Virus record (IMG/VR): IMGVR_UViG_3300012663_000706 | Direction: 5' to 3' (one strand) | Length of the DNA: 64,000 bases | Source: a virus | Taxonomy: Duplodnaviria; Heunggongvirae; Uroviricota; Caudoviricetes | Shown here: positions 28,803 through 38,790 of the stretch, one piece after another | Numbering within the stretch: position 1 is the stretch's first letter | Layout: each line of letters opens with the position of its first letter | Translations under genes and position numbers: made by a program | The notes under the pieces: model-generated | What the model saw: the letters and a program-made list of their open reading frames with translations, nothing else | Told to the model about the DNA's origin: nothing | Databases searched by the model: none

Positions 28803-29312
28803 ATGTCATTTAGAAAAAAGTACCCTACGATTACCAGAACCGGTGGACCCTTTCCATCGAATAGGTATGGAATCATACTTAAGAATCTTTCGAGACTTCA
28901 AAGAAGATTCTTGGCCAATCATCCTATTATTAAGGACAGGGTACAAGATGACCAATTTACGGCGATTATTCTTGAGCTGACAAACTACTCGGTACAACCT
29001 TTCAAGTTCAAAGATCGTCTATATTACGACTGGTCAACGGGAAGCATCGTAGAGAAATCAGAACTTATAAACAATTACAACTCAATCCCTTGGGTTTGTT
29101 GCGTCAGCGGTAAGCCTATCACTTGCAGGACAGATGACTTCAGCTTAGAAAACTTTGTCCATCCAGAGTACCATGACATTTTAAAGGCTCCAATGGTCGA
29201 TAGCCGAATTCTTAAGTCGTCGGTTGAGTTCCGCAAATATGTAAAAAAGCTCTTGATGAATGAACAACAAGAGCTTTTAAGATTAGCTAAAAAGAATTCT
29301 AAAGTTAATTAA
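28803..29312 (+). CDS. hypothetical protein on the opposite strand (170 aa; the track ORF 28740..29312 starts earlier)
   Basis: A 190-codon open frame in an AT-rich genome with no competing minus-strand ORF. It is one of only two plausible plus-strand genes in the window. No motif was recognised. Confidence 0.45.
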   Translation: MSFRKKYPTITRTGGPFPSNRYGIILKNLSRLQRRFLANHPIIKDRVQDDQFTAIILELTNYSVQPFKFKDRLYYDWSTGSIVEKSELINNYNSIPWVCCVSGKPITCRTDDFSLENFVHPEYHDILKAPMVDSRILKSSVEFRKYVKKLLMNEQQELLRLAKKNSKVN

Positions 29313-30631
29313 CCAAGTAAGTGTCTGAATTTATCAGCAACACTAATGTTAGTATATCTAGATTCGTTTAGTTTAATTTGATTATTTAATAAATTTATTT
29401 CGGCTTCAAGCATTCTACCTAATTCGGTTCCTTGTAATTGCCAATCTAATTTATCAGAAACAGCTTGTAAATTCTTTTCTGCTTTCTTAATAGCTTCTTC
29501 ATCACCTGATTTTTTAGCATCATCAAGTGTTTTTGTTGCCGCCGCTATAAGTTTATCTTTTGTGCTGGGCTTTGTAGTTTCTGTTGGTTCTTCAGATTTT
29601 ACATCTGTTAAAGCTTGTTTAAATTCACCAACTCGAGTTTGAGCATCTGTGATTGCTTTATCATCTTTTTTCAATTTAGCAATTGCTAAATCTATTTGAG
29701 CCATACTTAAATTATTTTGAGCCTCTCCTGCTTTATCTTCTGGTGCAATTGTTTTTGATTTTAACTCTCCTTTTTTAATTGTGAGTTCTTCAATTTTTGC
29801 ATCAGCATCTTCTTTTTCTTTTTTATCAGCTTCTTTTTGTGTAGCTTCAGCAGCATCTGTTTTTTCTTTTTCTGCTTTAGCCTTTTCTTCTGGAGTAGGT
29901 TCTGCTTTATCTTTTAGATCTGCAACTGCTGCTTGCTCTTCTTCAAATCTTTTTTGCAGTTCTTTCATTGAAGTTGCTAAATCTTTTTTCTTAGAAGGAT
30001 CGTCTTCTTGACCAGATGCTCTTTTAACAAGTTCCATTTGACCTTTAATCTTTTCAGATTTTAAAACCTTTTGTACATAAGATCCTCTGTCTTTTGCTTT
30101 GTCGTCTACTGCTGTTTGTAAACTAGCAATTTGGGCATCTATGGTTTTCTTTTTAGTTTGTAGTGTTTCTTTCTTTGCAGCTTCAGGAGTACCTGCTTTG
30201 CCGCTTAAATTATCAGCAGTGATTTGAATATCTAATGCATTCATTTTCATCTTGTTGACTTTTTTCTGCATTGATCTGTATTTAGGAGCAAATAAGAAGT
30301 CTTTTACTTTAGCCATTGCTGTTTCTTCTCCTGCTTCGTTTACATCAAATACGTCATCATTTTCTAATTCTTCTCTAACTTGAGTACCTAATTGAGATAG
30401 GTGAGTCATTATAGTATCGATATCATTGATGATTTCTTCTCTAGAGAACGATGGCGATGTAGAATCTGTTTCAACTTCCGGACCTTTAGCACCTTTAGTT
30501 TCCGTGTCGATTGTTACGGCAACAGGTTCTTTGGTGTTAACTGCTTCTAGTATGTTAGAATACCAGCTTTCAAAATTTAATTTTTTCATGTTCATTTTTG
30601 TTATGTTTGAATATGAGTTATATATTTGCAT
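29309..30631 (-). CDS. Lys/Glu/Ala-rich coiled-coil protein (440 aa)
   Basis: Low-complexity charged repeats (KAEKEKTDAAEATQKEADKKEKEDADAK). It lies immediately downstream of the major capsid gene and could be a capsid decoration or scaffold-like protein. Confidence 0.4.
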   Translation of the reverse strand: MQIYNSYSNITKMNMKKLNFESWYSNILEAVNTKEPVAVTIDTETKGAKGPEVETDSTSPSFSREEIINDIDTIMTHLSQLGTQVREELENDDVFDVNEAGEETAMAKVKDFLFAPKYRSMQKKVNKMKMNALDIQITADNLSGKAGTPEAAKKETLQTKKKTIDAQIASLQTAVDDKAKDRGSYVQKVLKSEKIKGQMELVKRASGQEDDPSKKKDLATSMKELQKRFEEEQAAVADLKDKAEPTPEEKAKAEKEKTDAAEATQKEADKKEKEDADAKIEELTIKKGELKSKTIAPEDKAGEAQNNLSMAQIDLAIAKLKKDDKAITDAQTRVGEFKQALTDVKSEEPTETTKPSTKDKLIAAATKTLDDAKKSGDEEAIKKAEKNLQAVSDKLDWQLQGTELGRMLEAEINLLNNQIKLNESRYTNISVADKFRHLLG

Positions 30632-30639
30632 TTCTAGGT

Positions 30640-30672
30640 AAAAAAGAAAGGCTCTCCATTGGAGAGCCTTTC
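30640..30672 (-). terminator. rho-independent terminator after the major capsid gene
   Basis: Stem AAAGGCTCTCC / GGAGAGCCTTT (11 bp) followed on the minus strand by TTTTTT. Confidence 0.7.
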
Positions 30673-30699
30673 TTATAAAAATTGTACTGTTAAGTAAAA

Positions 30700-32175
30700 T
30701 TATGCTAATGAAACGATATTATCGAATGCAGAACCATCAAGTTTAGTAACTGTAAATGAAACGTATTGAGTTTCAGGGTGGAAACCAGCTTCAACTAGAG
30801 CGAATCTAGATTTTACTGCAATTTTAGGAGCCATAGTTCCTTCAGCAATAGTTTGAACTGATTCAGCCATTAAGTAAGGCATGAAAACTAATCCAGGACC
30901 ATTACCATCACCTTTACGTCCAACGTATACGTTGTTGTTTGACCACTTCCATTTTGGGTTAGTGTAAACTTGGATACCAGCTACAGATCCAACAGGGTAA
31001 ATAGCACCTGCTGATTGAGAGATAGTATTTGCAAACGGGTTAGGTACGAAACCAGCAACTGATTGTAATACTGTAGCAACTTGTGGTCCTACAATAGCAA
31101 AGTTACCAGCACCTCTACGTCCTCTGTTAGCAATTAAGTTAGCAGCAGAAAGAATTCCTGTTAATACTTTTCTATGTTCTGAACCTTCAGTTTGACCACC
31201 AGTAAATGCAGATGCTTCAACCAATTTCACTGTTAATGCACCAGCAGGGATTTCTCCAGCTGTTACAGATTTAGAGATGTTTGAAGCTCCTAATGTACCA
31301 ATTTTGTTGATGATTAAATCATTGATAGTTTGAGTTAATTCGTTAACCAATACAGCTTCTACTTGAGCAACTGCATCTACACCGAATTGTTTTAGATCTT
31401 GTACTTGCTCTCTAGTAACAGCAGCTGCAACTTGGTAAGTTTTAGCTTCTACTGATTTAGAGAATAAAGATAGACCCATTAATTTTTCTGGAGTTGATTC
31501 TCCTGTTGCTCTGTCGTAAGGACTTTCGTCAGCATTACCAACAAAACCAGCGATGTGATCTTCTAACGCTTTTACTAATTCTACTGTTCCAGCAGCAGCT
31601 CCACGAGCAGCATCAGCCGCTTCTTGTACGCTTTTACCACCAGTTAAAGTACCAGTAATTTTGTAGATTGATTTACCATCGATACGTGAAGTACCAATTA
31701 AATCAAATAAGATACCAAAGTCAGCTGTACCAGCTTGATCTGATTCTAAATCAGCATCTGAACATTTGATGTAAGTTGGTGCTACAGTTGAACCAGCTAA
31801 TCTACCACCTTCGTAAACGAAGTCTAAGTAAGATAATAGACCCATTGGACCAGCCATAGGTACTACTGGTACTAAATCAAGACCAATTGTTTGAGCTGCA
31901 ACTTGCATTGCAAGAGGAAGCAAGGTTGGAGCTTTGTCACCAGAACCTTTAGTTGCAGGAGATGCACCAAATCCACTAGGGAAAGATACAGCACCCATAC
32001 CACCGATATTCATACCTGGTGATAAAGACATGATGTTAGCATCTTCATAAAGTTTGTGATTATGACAATACTCAGACATCCATGCTAGTTTAGAAGCATC
32101 AGTGATACCAGTTGCTGATTCGATGATCGGCGACCATGTGTCTCTGATTTCAGCTTCATTAATTAAATTTGCCAT
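30700..32175 (-). CDS. major capsid protein (T4 gp23-like, 491 aa)
   Basis: Segments align by eye to T4 gp23. AMQVAAQTIGLDLVPVVPMAGPMG matches VMGMVRRAIPNLIAFDICGVQPMNSPTG, and the C-terminal VYVGRKGDG...PYLMA region matches too. The order portal, protease/scaffold, capsid matches T4. Confidence 0.8.
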   Translation of the reverse strand: MANLINEAEIRDTWSPIIESATGITDASKLAWMSEYCHNHKLYEDANIMSLSPGMNIGGMGAVSFPSGFGASPATKGSGDKAPTLLPLAMQVAAQTIGLDLVPVVPMAGPMGLLSYLDFVYEGGRLAGSTVAPTYIKCSDADLESDQAGTADFGILFDLIGTSRIDGKSIYKITGTLTGGKSVQEAADAARGAAAGTVELVKALEDHIAGFVGNADESPYDRATGESTPEKLMGLSLFSKSVEAKTYQVAAAVTREQVQDLKQFGVDAVAQVEAVLVNELTQTINDLIINKIGTLGASNISKSVTAGEIPAGALTVKLVEASAFTGGQTEGSEHRKVLTGILSAANLIANRGRRGAGNFAIVGPQVATVLQSVAGFVPNPFANTISQSAGAIYPVGSVAGIQVYTNPKWKWSNNNVYVGRKGDGNGPGLVFMPYLMAESVQTIAEGTMAPKIAVKSRFALVEAGFHPETQYVSFTVTKLDGSAFDNIVSLA

Positions 32176-32317
32176 TTTAAGAGTTTTTGTTTTTTTGTTT
32201 TATTTTAGCTTATAGCTCGACATAATTCTTAGATTTTTGCTTCTTATCTAATATCGTCGATAGTTTGTTTTATTATATATCCTTTTAATTTTTCGAATTT
32301 TTTAAATTTTCAAAAAA

Positions 32318-34288
32318 TTACTTTTTAAATCTTTTTGCAAAAGACTCAGCCATACCATCCATGTTGTAAGGTAATGTAGATACTTTCTCTACAACTTTTT
32401 CTGAAACCATTTCAACTTTCTCCATTACTGTAGAAGTTTCTCTAAGGTCTCTTTGTTGCCAGAAGTTTCTTACTTGGTATTCTGTTTCTAATTTGTGATA
32501 TTTAGCTTGTGCTAAGATTTGATTCTTTTTAGCTTCAGATAAACGGTTCCAAGTTTCTCTGTATTCTGTTGGCATTGCTGCTAATACATTTGGTTCGTTT
32601 TCTACTGGAGCTCCAGCGATTACGTTATTCCATAAAGCGTAGATTTGAGATTCAGTTAAGAATCCTTTTCCATCAACTTTAGCGATTACGTTTGCTTTTT
32701 CTGCATCTGTTAAAGAATTAAATTCTTCTTTTTTAGCTTCAGAAATAAATGCAAAGAAATGAGGGTTGTTAGAAACTTTAACTGTAGCTTTTTCAACTAG
32801 AGCTTGTAACTTTTCAGAAATTTCTTTCTTGTAAGCGTCCATTCTGTCTACTTCTTCAGTAACTTCTTTACCAACGTTGTCTCCTTTTGGTTCTTTCTCT
32901 AAATCTTTTTCTAATTCTTTAGTACCGTCTTCAGCAGCGTCTTCAGCTTTTGGATAAACTTTACCATCAGCATCTACATCGTCTTCTGTTACGTCTTTTG
33001 CTCTAGTCTTAATATCTTCTGCAGGTAAACCAGCAGCATCAGCAGCTTCAGTAACTTCTTTACCAACGTTATCTCCTTTTGGTTCTTCAGCTAATTCATC
33101 TTCTAATTCTTTAGTACCGTCTTCAGCAGCGTCTTCAGCTTTTGGATAAACTTTACCATCAGCATCTACATCGTCTTCTGTTACGTCTTTTGCTCTAGCT
33201 TTAACATCTTCTGCAGGTAAACCAGCATCGGTATCAGCTTCAACAATTAGGTTTTTGTTAACATTTTCAGCAATGTATTCAGCGTATTCTGTAACTTTCT
33301 CTAGGTTCTCTTTTAAATAAGTAACATACTTCAACATGTTTTCATGTGTAGCTGCTCCATCGTTAAAAGCTTCTGCTAAATAATTAGAATATTCTTTTAC
33401 TTTGTTAACTGATTCAGCGATTTTTTCGCTATATTGAATAGACTGATCTACTTTCTCAGCGATATGATCGCCATGCTCGATAGATTGGTCTAATTTTTCT
33501 GCCATATAATTATTGTATTCAATTACTGAATTCATTTTTTCGGCAAGGTAAGATGAGTATTCTTTTAAACTTTCAACTTCTTTAGCAAAAGTATCATTGT
33601 TCTTTTCAGTAAGTGACTCTTTCAAACCCTTGATTTCGGTAGCTAAGTACTTAGAATACTTATTGAAATCTTCAGTGCTTACGAATCTTGATTGTTCCAT
33701 TTTATTTTCTGTGGTTTGTGTTTGGTTATTTTCTATGTTATTTATCTCATATATAAAAATGTCTCCACCATCTTCAAAACCTAACGCTTCATTTACTCTT
33801 TTCAATTCAGCATTAGCAAATCCTGGATCTGCAACTAAATCATAAGTAAACAATTGTTTGATTTTAACTTGGCCATTAGATTCAACTGTACCAGCTGCTC
33901 TTGAAGAAATATGAAGTGGAACACCAGCATCAACTAGTGCTTTAGCTTGTTTTCCGGCATCAGTATCTAATAATCTGATTTTGCCCATTACTTGCTTAGT
34001 ATCTTTATTGTAATTAAGTTCTTCAATAATGTGCGATACGTTTCTCAATGAAACATCAAAATTTTGTGGGTGATCTAATTCTCCTAGCAATTTAGATGAT
34101 TTAATCTTTGCTTGAAGCGCCTCGATCTGAGGTAGGTATTCGCTTTCAGTATAAATACGATTATTTCTGTTAAGTTTATCGATTTCACCGAAGCAACCTT
34201 CTAGTACGTAAGCACCAGATTCCTCTTGTTTAAAAGCCAGGGTAGTACCTGATCTTTCTAAAATGAGTAATTTACTATTATTGGTCAT
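32318..34288 (-). CDS. prohead core protease (gp21-like) fused to an acidic scaffold-like domain (~656 aa; the track starts at a GTG at 34300)
   Basis: The N-terminal ~170 aa align to T4 gp21 (LGELDHP with LGELNHP; GVPLHISSRAAGTV with GWIPGVSSRGLGSL). The C-terminus is a coiled-coil, highly acidic region with an internal tandem duplication. Confidence 0.75.
   Translation of the reverse strand: MTNNSKLLILERSGTTLAFKQEESGAYVLEGCFGEIDKLNRNNRIYTESEYLPQIEALQAKIKSSKLLGELDHPQNFDVSLRNVSHIIEELNYNKDTKQVMGKIRLLDTDAGKQAKALVDAGVPLHISSRAAGTVESNGQVKIKQLFTYDLVADPGFANAELKRVNEALGFEDGGDIFIYEINNIENNQTQTTENKMEQSRFVSTEDFNKYSKYLATEIKGLKESLTEKNNDTFAKEVESLKEYSSYLAEKMNSVIEYNNYMAEKLDQSIEHGDHIAEKVDQSIQYSEKIAESVNKVKEYSNYLAEAFNDGAATHENMLKYVTYLKENLEKVTEYAEYIAENVNKNLIVEADTDAGLPAEDVKARAKDVTEDDVDADGKVYPKAEDAAEDGTKELEDELAEEPKGDNVGKEVTEAADAAGLPAEDIKTRAKDVTEDDVDADGKVYPKAEDAAEDGTKELEKDLEKEPKGDNVGKEVTEEVDRMDAYKKEISEKLQALVEKATVKVSNNPHFFAFISEAKKEEFNSLTDAEKANVIAKVDGKGFLTESQIYALWNNVIAGAPVENEPNVLAAMPTEYRETWNRLSEAKKNQILAQAKYHKLETEYQVRNFWQQRDLRETSTVMEKVEMVSEKVVEKVSTLPYNMDGMAESFAKRFKK
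32857..33244 (-). repeat. near-perfect tandem duplication (~192-bp unit, two copies) inside the protease/scaffold gene
   Basis: Two copies of ...GLPAEDVKARAKDVTEDDVDADGKVYPKAEDAAEDGTKELE..EPKGDNVGKEVTE..., with near-identical nucleotide blocks visible. Confidence 0.7.
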
Positions 34289-34351
34289 ATGTTTAGACAC
34301 TATGTTTGTTTATATATCTGATTGATTTTTTGATTTTTTAAAAAAATCGCA

Positions 34352-34699
34352 TTAAAGGCCTGCAAGGTCAGCACTTGGATCTTCCGCTCCATCATCTTCT
34401 TTCTTTCCGTCCTCTTCCTTTTCTACTTCTTCCTTGTTTTCCTCTTCTTTAGATTTATTATAGAAATCTTTCAATTTAGACATTTCAGCAATCTGGAAGC
34501 CATCTTGACCGTATGTTGCGAAGAAATAATCTTCAAATTCTTTTTCAGTAGCAGATGCAGCAATAGCTCCTAAGATTTCTGCAGCCTTGATAGTTTCACC
34601 GTTTTGCAGTAATATATCATCTACATACACTTTAGAGTCTTCAGCCTTTAGAGCTTCTGCTTCTAGTACGAATTGTTCAAATGTTTTTAAGTTTTTCAT
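34352..34699 (-). CDS. small acidic protein (115 aa), possibly a prohead core protein (gp67/68-like position)
   Basis: Lies between the portal and protease genes, as T4 genes 67 and 68 do. It has a Glu/Asp-rich C-terminus. Confidence 0.35.
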   Translation of the reverse strand: MKNLKTFEQFVLEAEALKAEDSKVYVDDILLQNGETIKAAEILGAIAASATEKEFEDYFFATYGQDGFQIAEMSKLKDFYNKSKEEENKEEVEKEEDGKKEDDGAEDPSADLAGL

Positions 34700-34717
34700 A
34701 TCTTTTATATATTTTAA

Positions 34718-36313
34718 TTACATTCCTCCCATTGCCATTGGATCAACTGGTGGTTCTTCAGCTTTTTTAGCTTCAGCTCTTGCTTTATAAGCAAGGTTAG
34801 CTTCTTTATCGTCTGGAGACATTTTCAAGTATCTGTCTACTAAGAATTCTAAGTCGAAGTAGTGATCTTCTTCCATTGTCACTGGATTAGTTATCATCAA
34901 GTTGCTATTCATATTAGAAATAAAGTCTAGACGTTTCTCCATGATTTCCATTTCTTTTAATTCAGCAAATGCATTCTCTTCATTATATCTTAATGCGATC
35001 TGAGTTTTAAATCCTGGATCGTCTGCGAATTCAGGGAATTTAAGACACATTTGAAGGTATAGAGGTTTTACTAAAATTTCTTGGAATGAACTTCTGATAC
35101 GATTTACGAATTTAGAGAATTTAATCTCATCACGAATCATACCATCTGCTGCCAAGTTAAAGTCTCCACCACCATCTTCATACATAAATCTATTGAATGG
35201 AATTTTTGAAACTTGTTTTAATTTATCAGAGAAGTATTTAAGTGCTTCTGTATCTGATAATTCTGGACCTTCTCCACCAAGTGTTTCGATTTCTGGTTGT
35301 TCTCCATCTTTTGATGGTAACCAGTATTCTTTATTAAATTGTAGCATTGGCTTACCATTAGTTTTCAGCATACCTGAATCCCAATCGAAATCTACAACTT
35401 CTTTATAGTTATTCATTAATTGAGCCAAAGATTGTTTAGCCCTTGTCTTAGATTTACCACCAACTGGTATAATAAACTTCATTCTGTATGAAGCGTTAGT
35501 TACAGCCCAAATAACTCTGGTATGTTCCATAACTCTCATTAAGTTGAATGCTCTAATTAAACGTTCAACATAAGAAACTCTGGATGCTGTTGTAATTGAT
35601 GAGTAAGAAATATAAATGATTTGTGCATCATATAATTTACGCTCTTTGATTGGATCGTCTTTAAACTGTACCCATACTTTTTTACCGTCTTCTTTATTAT
35701 AACCAGGTACTAGTGTAACTGGATCGATTTCTTTAAAACCGATAATCTCTGTTTGTTCAGGGTTATAGATAATCTCAAATGCAAGATAACCATCAATCAA
35801 CCATTTGCGGAAATAGAACCACGCCGATTGATCTGAGGCAAAGCCAAAATATTGATAAACATTTCGGTACGCTTTATTTAGGTAACTATTAACCTCTTCT
35901 GAAACTTCCATTCCAATAACGCTAGGATTTGCAATGAAGTTTTTCTCGTCATATACAATTGCTTCATCACAAAGAATATCTAAAATGTCTTCAATTTCGT
36001 CATGCATTGAGAATTGGCGTAACTCTTCTCTCTTCGACTTATAGTTCATGTCGAAGAACGGAATGTTCTTTCTCATGTTGGTATCGGCCATTGACAATGC
36101 AGCAAATGCTCCATAAATGTCATCGTTGTCCATACCCATCATGTTCATTTGGCCGTAACCAAATTGATCTTCCATCGGACCAATTGCTTGGGATTGGCGT
36201 AGTACTAAGTCATCATAGTACATACCAAAAGAAGATAACCTCTTTAATCCATCGCTTAGGTTAAAGGGTCTCTTATTACTAAAGGGTCCATTTTTATTTA
36301 CAAATCCAGCCAT
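34718..36313 (-). CDS. portal vertex protein (gp20-like, 531 aa)
   Basis: Size and position match T4 gene 20, upstream of the 67/68-like, protease and capsid genes. An ATATATAA motif lies 27 nt upstream. Confidence 0.55.
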   Translation of the reverse strand: MAGFVNKNGPFSNKRPFNLSDGLKRLSSFGMYYDDLVLRQSQAIGPMEDQFGYGQMNMMGMDNDDIYGAFAALSMADTNMRKNIPFFDMNYKSKREELRQFSMHDEIEDILDILCDEAIVYDEKNFIANPSVIGMEVSEEVNSYLNKAYRNVYQYFGFASDQSAWFYFRKWLIDGYLAFEIIYNPEQTEIIGFKEIDPVTLVPGYNKEDGKKVWVQFKDDPIKERKLYDAQIIYISYSSITTASRVSYVERLIRAFNLMRVMEHTRVIWAVTNASYRMKFIIPVGGKSKTRAKQSLAQLMNNYKEVVDFDWDSGMLKTNGKPMLQFNKEYWLPSKDGEQPEIETLGGEGPELSDTEALKYFSDKLKQVSKIPFNRFMYEDGGGDFNLAADGMIRDEIKFSKFVNRIRSSFQEILVKPLYLQMCLKFPEFADDPGFKTQIALRYNEENAFAELKEMEIMEKRLDFISNMNSNLMITNPVTMEEDHYFDLEFLVDRYLKMSPDDKEANLAYKARAEAKKAEEPPVDPMAMGGM

Positions 36314-36333
36314 ATAGGTTTAATTTTATTGTT

Positions 36334-37020
36334 TTATATATTAAGATTATTATTGTCATTCTTACCCTTATCATCCTTCTTAAGTCCGGATGCCTTAGAT
36401 TTACTTCTGTTTTCAACATTGTATTGTATAAATTCTTTTCGAATCTGTCCTATTGATGCTCCGTGGATTTTTGCAAATTCACAAATTGCTATCTTAGGCC
36501 AACTCTCATAACTTACAACTGCTTGATTCTTTTTTAAATTTGGCAAATATCTTCTAATTGCAAATCCAAGGCCGAATCTATCTAAGTATGTTTTAACTGC
36601 TGCGTATTTTAAATCTACCAAAGGTCTTTGTTTAATCGCATCAGAAGCCTTAATTCCCTTGATATTATTTTGAATCTTTGAATTTAGTCTAGTATATAAC
36701 TGATCTAATATTTCCTGTCTAAATTTTGCTGGTAGGAGGTTAAGATTAATACCATAATCAGTATGGTCTCTTTCTGGATTGTCTAGTGCTAGAACAACCG
36801 GAGCTTTATCCCACCAAGGCATAGTTTCTTGAGTTACAGGATTTTCATATTTAAAAACATAAATCTTTCCTGGTTCAAATCTATTTCTAGTATATTTTAC
36901 ATCTAATTTATCTCTAGCGTCTAGAGACTCTTTGAACCAATCAGTAGACACTCGTTTAGCTCCAGCGTAGCCGCCGTTCTCTTTAAATAATTGTCTAATT
37001 TGTTCTTTAATGTAACCCAT
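36334..37020 (-). CDS. hypothetical protein (228 aa)
   Basis: ORF. Its 3' end contains the portal late-type motif. Confidence 0.4.
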   Translation of the reverse strand: MGYIKEQIRQLFKENGGYAGAKRVSTDWFKESLDARDKLDVKYTRNRFEPGKIYVFKYENPVTQETMPWWDKAPVVLALDNPERDHTDYGINLNLLPAKFRQEILDQLYTRLNSKIQNNIKGIKASDAIKQRPLVDLKYAAVKTYLDRFGLGFAIRRYLPNLKKNQAVVSYESWPKIAICEFAKIHGASIGQIRKEFIQYNVENRSKSKASGLKKDDKGKNDNNNLNI

Positions 37021-37492
37021 TAATAGTTTTTTCGGTTAAGATTTGAAAATTCCAATTTCTGCCTTCACAATACGATTTTGCAGCAATATATTTATCGAGA
37101 TTTTTCGTGTACTGCTCGACCATATATTTGTAGCTTTTTAAAGACTTGGTTGAATTTTTCTTGGGAGGTAGTGGTTTTTTAAGATGCTCTTCTGGTTTTA
37201 TTTCAATTAATAATTCCTTAAACGTATCATCTGCTTGTGCAACTTTCACATAAAAGTCTGGGCTGTACTTGTGTTCTTTGCCATCCAATCTCCACATGTA
37301 TTTAATTTCTAATGGTTCACTTGACCATATGACAACCTTTTCATTTCTATCGCACCAAATCATAAATTTCCGCTCCCAACTAGAACGGAAAATGATTGGA
37401 GCTGCTCCAATGTACTTATCTGGATTTTCTGGTGTATAATATCCTTGAATGAATCCTGAATTCTTACTTGGTTTTACTTTCTTTATAGACAT
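37007..37492 (-). CDS. hypothetical protein (161 aa)
   Basis: ORF. It overlaps its neighbours on both sides. Confidence 0.4.
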   Translation of the reverse strand: MSIKKVKPSKNSGFIQGYYTPENPDKYIGAAPIIFRSSWERKFMIWCDRNEKVVIWSSEPLEIKYMWRLDGKEHKYSPDFYVKVAQADDTFKELLIEIKPEEHLKKPLPPKKNSTKSLKSYKYMVEQYTKNLDKYIAAKSYCEGRNWNFQILTEKTINGLH

Positions 37493-37884
37493 TAGATACT
37501 ATAGATACCACCGCCGTCTTCGGAATCCCCATTGCTGGTTCTATCCAACGATATTGTACCTTTATATTTTACTGGATGCAGTTTGTTCCATCCTTTAGCA
37601 TAACCTCTTTTTGCAATCTCTGTAAAGTATGCAAATGCGTTGGTATACTTTGGATTAAAGTTTCTCCAGTATTTTAATAAATCTAGGATAGCGAATTGCA
37701 GACAATCTGCTCTGTCATCGTCATTAACAAATCTTAGTTTATTGATCGCCTTTTCGGACAATAGGATTAGCATCTTTTCAGCGTCCTTCGTTAATTTATC
37801 CTGCTCTTTCGATTCTACTATTGCATTATAAAAATCTTTGTTATTAAGATAATTTTTATTTGCTCTTGGTTTTCTTTCAGCCAC
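37492..37884 (-). CDS. late-transcription sigma factor (T4 gp55-like, 130 aa)
   Basis: Its segments resemble T4 gp55. KPRANKNYLNNKDFYNAIVESK matches [20 protein letters not shown], and NFNPKYTNAFAYFTEIAKRGY matches [22 protein letters not shown]. It co-occurs with the TATA-type late motifs. Confidence 0.55.
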   Translation of the reverse strand: MAERKPRANKNYLNNKDFYNAIVESKEQDKLTKDAEKMLILLSEKAINKLRFVNDDDRADCLQFAILDLLKYWRNFNPKYTNAFAYFTEIAKRGYAKGWNKLHPVKYKGTISLDRTSNGDSEDGGGIYSI

Positions 37885-37936
37885 GTTGTTGTTTTATTTT
37901 AGTATTATACACTATCTATTAGATTTGTTTAAAGCC

Positions 37937-37965
37937 AAAAAAGGGGACGCAATGCGACCCCTTTT
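37937..37965 (-). terminator. rho-independent terminator (bidirectional-looking) after the gene at 37989..38753
   Basis: GGGGACGC-aat-GCGACCCC hairpin flanked by A and T runs. Confidence 0.6.
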
Positions 37966-37988
37966 AAAATTCAATTTATAAAATAATC

Positions 37989-38753
37989 TTAAGCTTTTAA
38001 TTCAGCAATTTTAGACTCCCAACCTTTAATCTCTTCATTGATTAATTTGTCAGCGGCTTTAATTTCTGGATTCTTTTTATCAGCATTTGCCAATAATTCT
38101 CTTTGTTCTTTTAAGAATACGATTGTAGACTCGTAAGACATAATAGTTTTTGCTTTCTCTGCGATTTCAACTGATTCAGTTTCTAAGAATTCTACTAAGA
38201 ATTCTGCAGCATTTTGTCCAGTTTGCTCTTTAACGTACTCTAATGCAGATGTTGCATTTTCAGCTTTAAAGAATTTAGCAATTCTGTTTTCAGAATTAAA
38301 TCTTGAAACGTAAATGTTGTTTTCAACTTTCATTAAATCAACAGTGTTGTCATTTCCTTCGAAACAAGCTACGAAATCAAGGTATGTATAAGATTCCAAC
38401 ATACTTGGTAATTTTTCGAATAATTCTGCAGTTGTCATGTGTTCGTATTTAACGATACCTGCTGCAAAAATATGTTTAGCAAAAGATTCAGCTAGAACTT
38501 CAGAAGTACCCCATGCGAATTTCTTTTCGGCAATATTGTATGAAAATCTTGTAGAACCGTAGTACCATTTTACATTTTCGTTTGTGAAGCTAAAAGTTTG
38601 AATAGCTCTGATTTTTTCAGCATATGCTGAGTCGATTTGATTCAGTTCTAATTCTTTAATTTCAGAACCAATCATCTCAAATACACGTCCGTTTAAATAG
38701 AATTGTATGCTATTTGCAGTGTGATTAATTGGAGACAGAATGTTATTAGTCAT
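37989..38753 (-). CDS. hypothetical protein (254 aa)
   Basis: ORF with an ATATATAA motif about 30 nt upstream. Confidence 0.4.
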   Translation of the reverse strand: MTNNILSPINHTANSIQFYLNGRVFEMIGSEIKELELNQIDSAYAEKIRAIQTFSFTNENVKWYYGSTRFSYNIAEKKFAWGTSEVLAESFAKHIFAAGIVKYEHMTTAELFEKLPSMLESYTYLDFVACFEGNDNTVDLMKVENNIYVSRFNSENRIAKFFKAENATSALEYVKEQTGQNAAEFLVEFLETESVEIAEKAKTIMSYESTIVFLKEQRELLANADKKNPEIKAADKLINEEIKGWESKIAELKA

Positions 38754-38790
38754 TTTTACTCTGGTTTATTTGTTTTATTATATATCTAGT

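Noticed and set aside
28806-28997. 63-aa minus-strand ORF opposite the plus-strand 170-aa gene
   Set aside because: It is short and embedded antisense in a longer open frame. Two overlapping genes are not supported.
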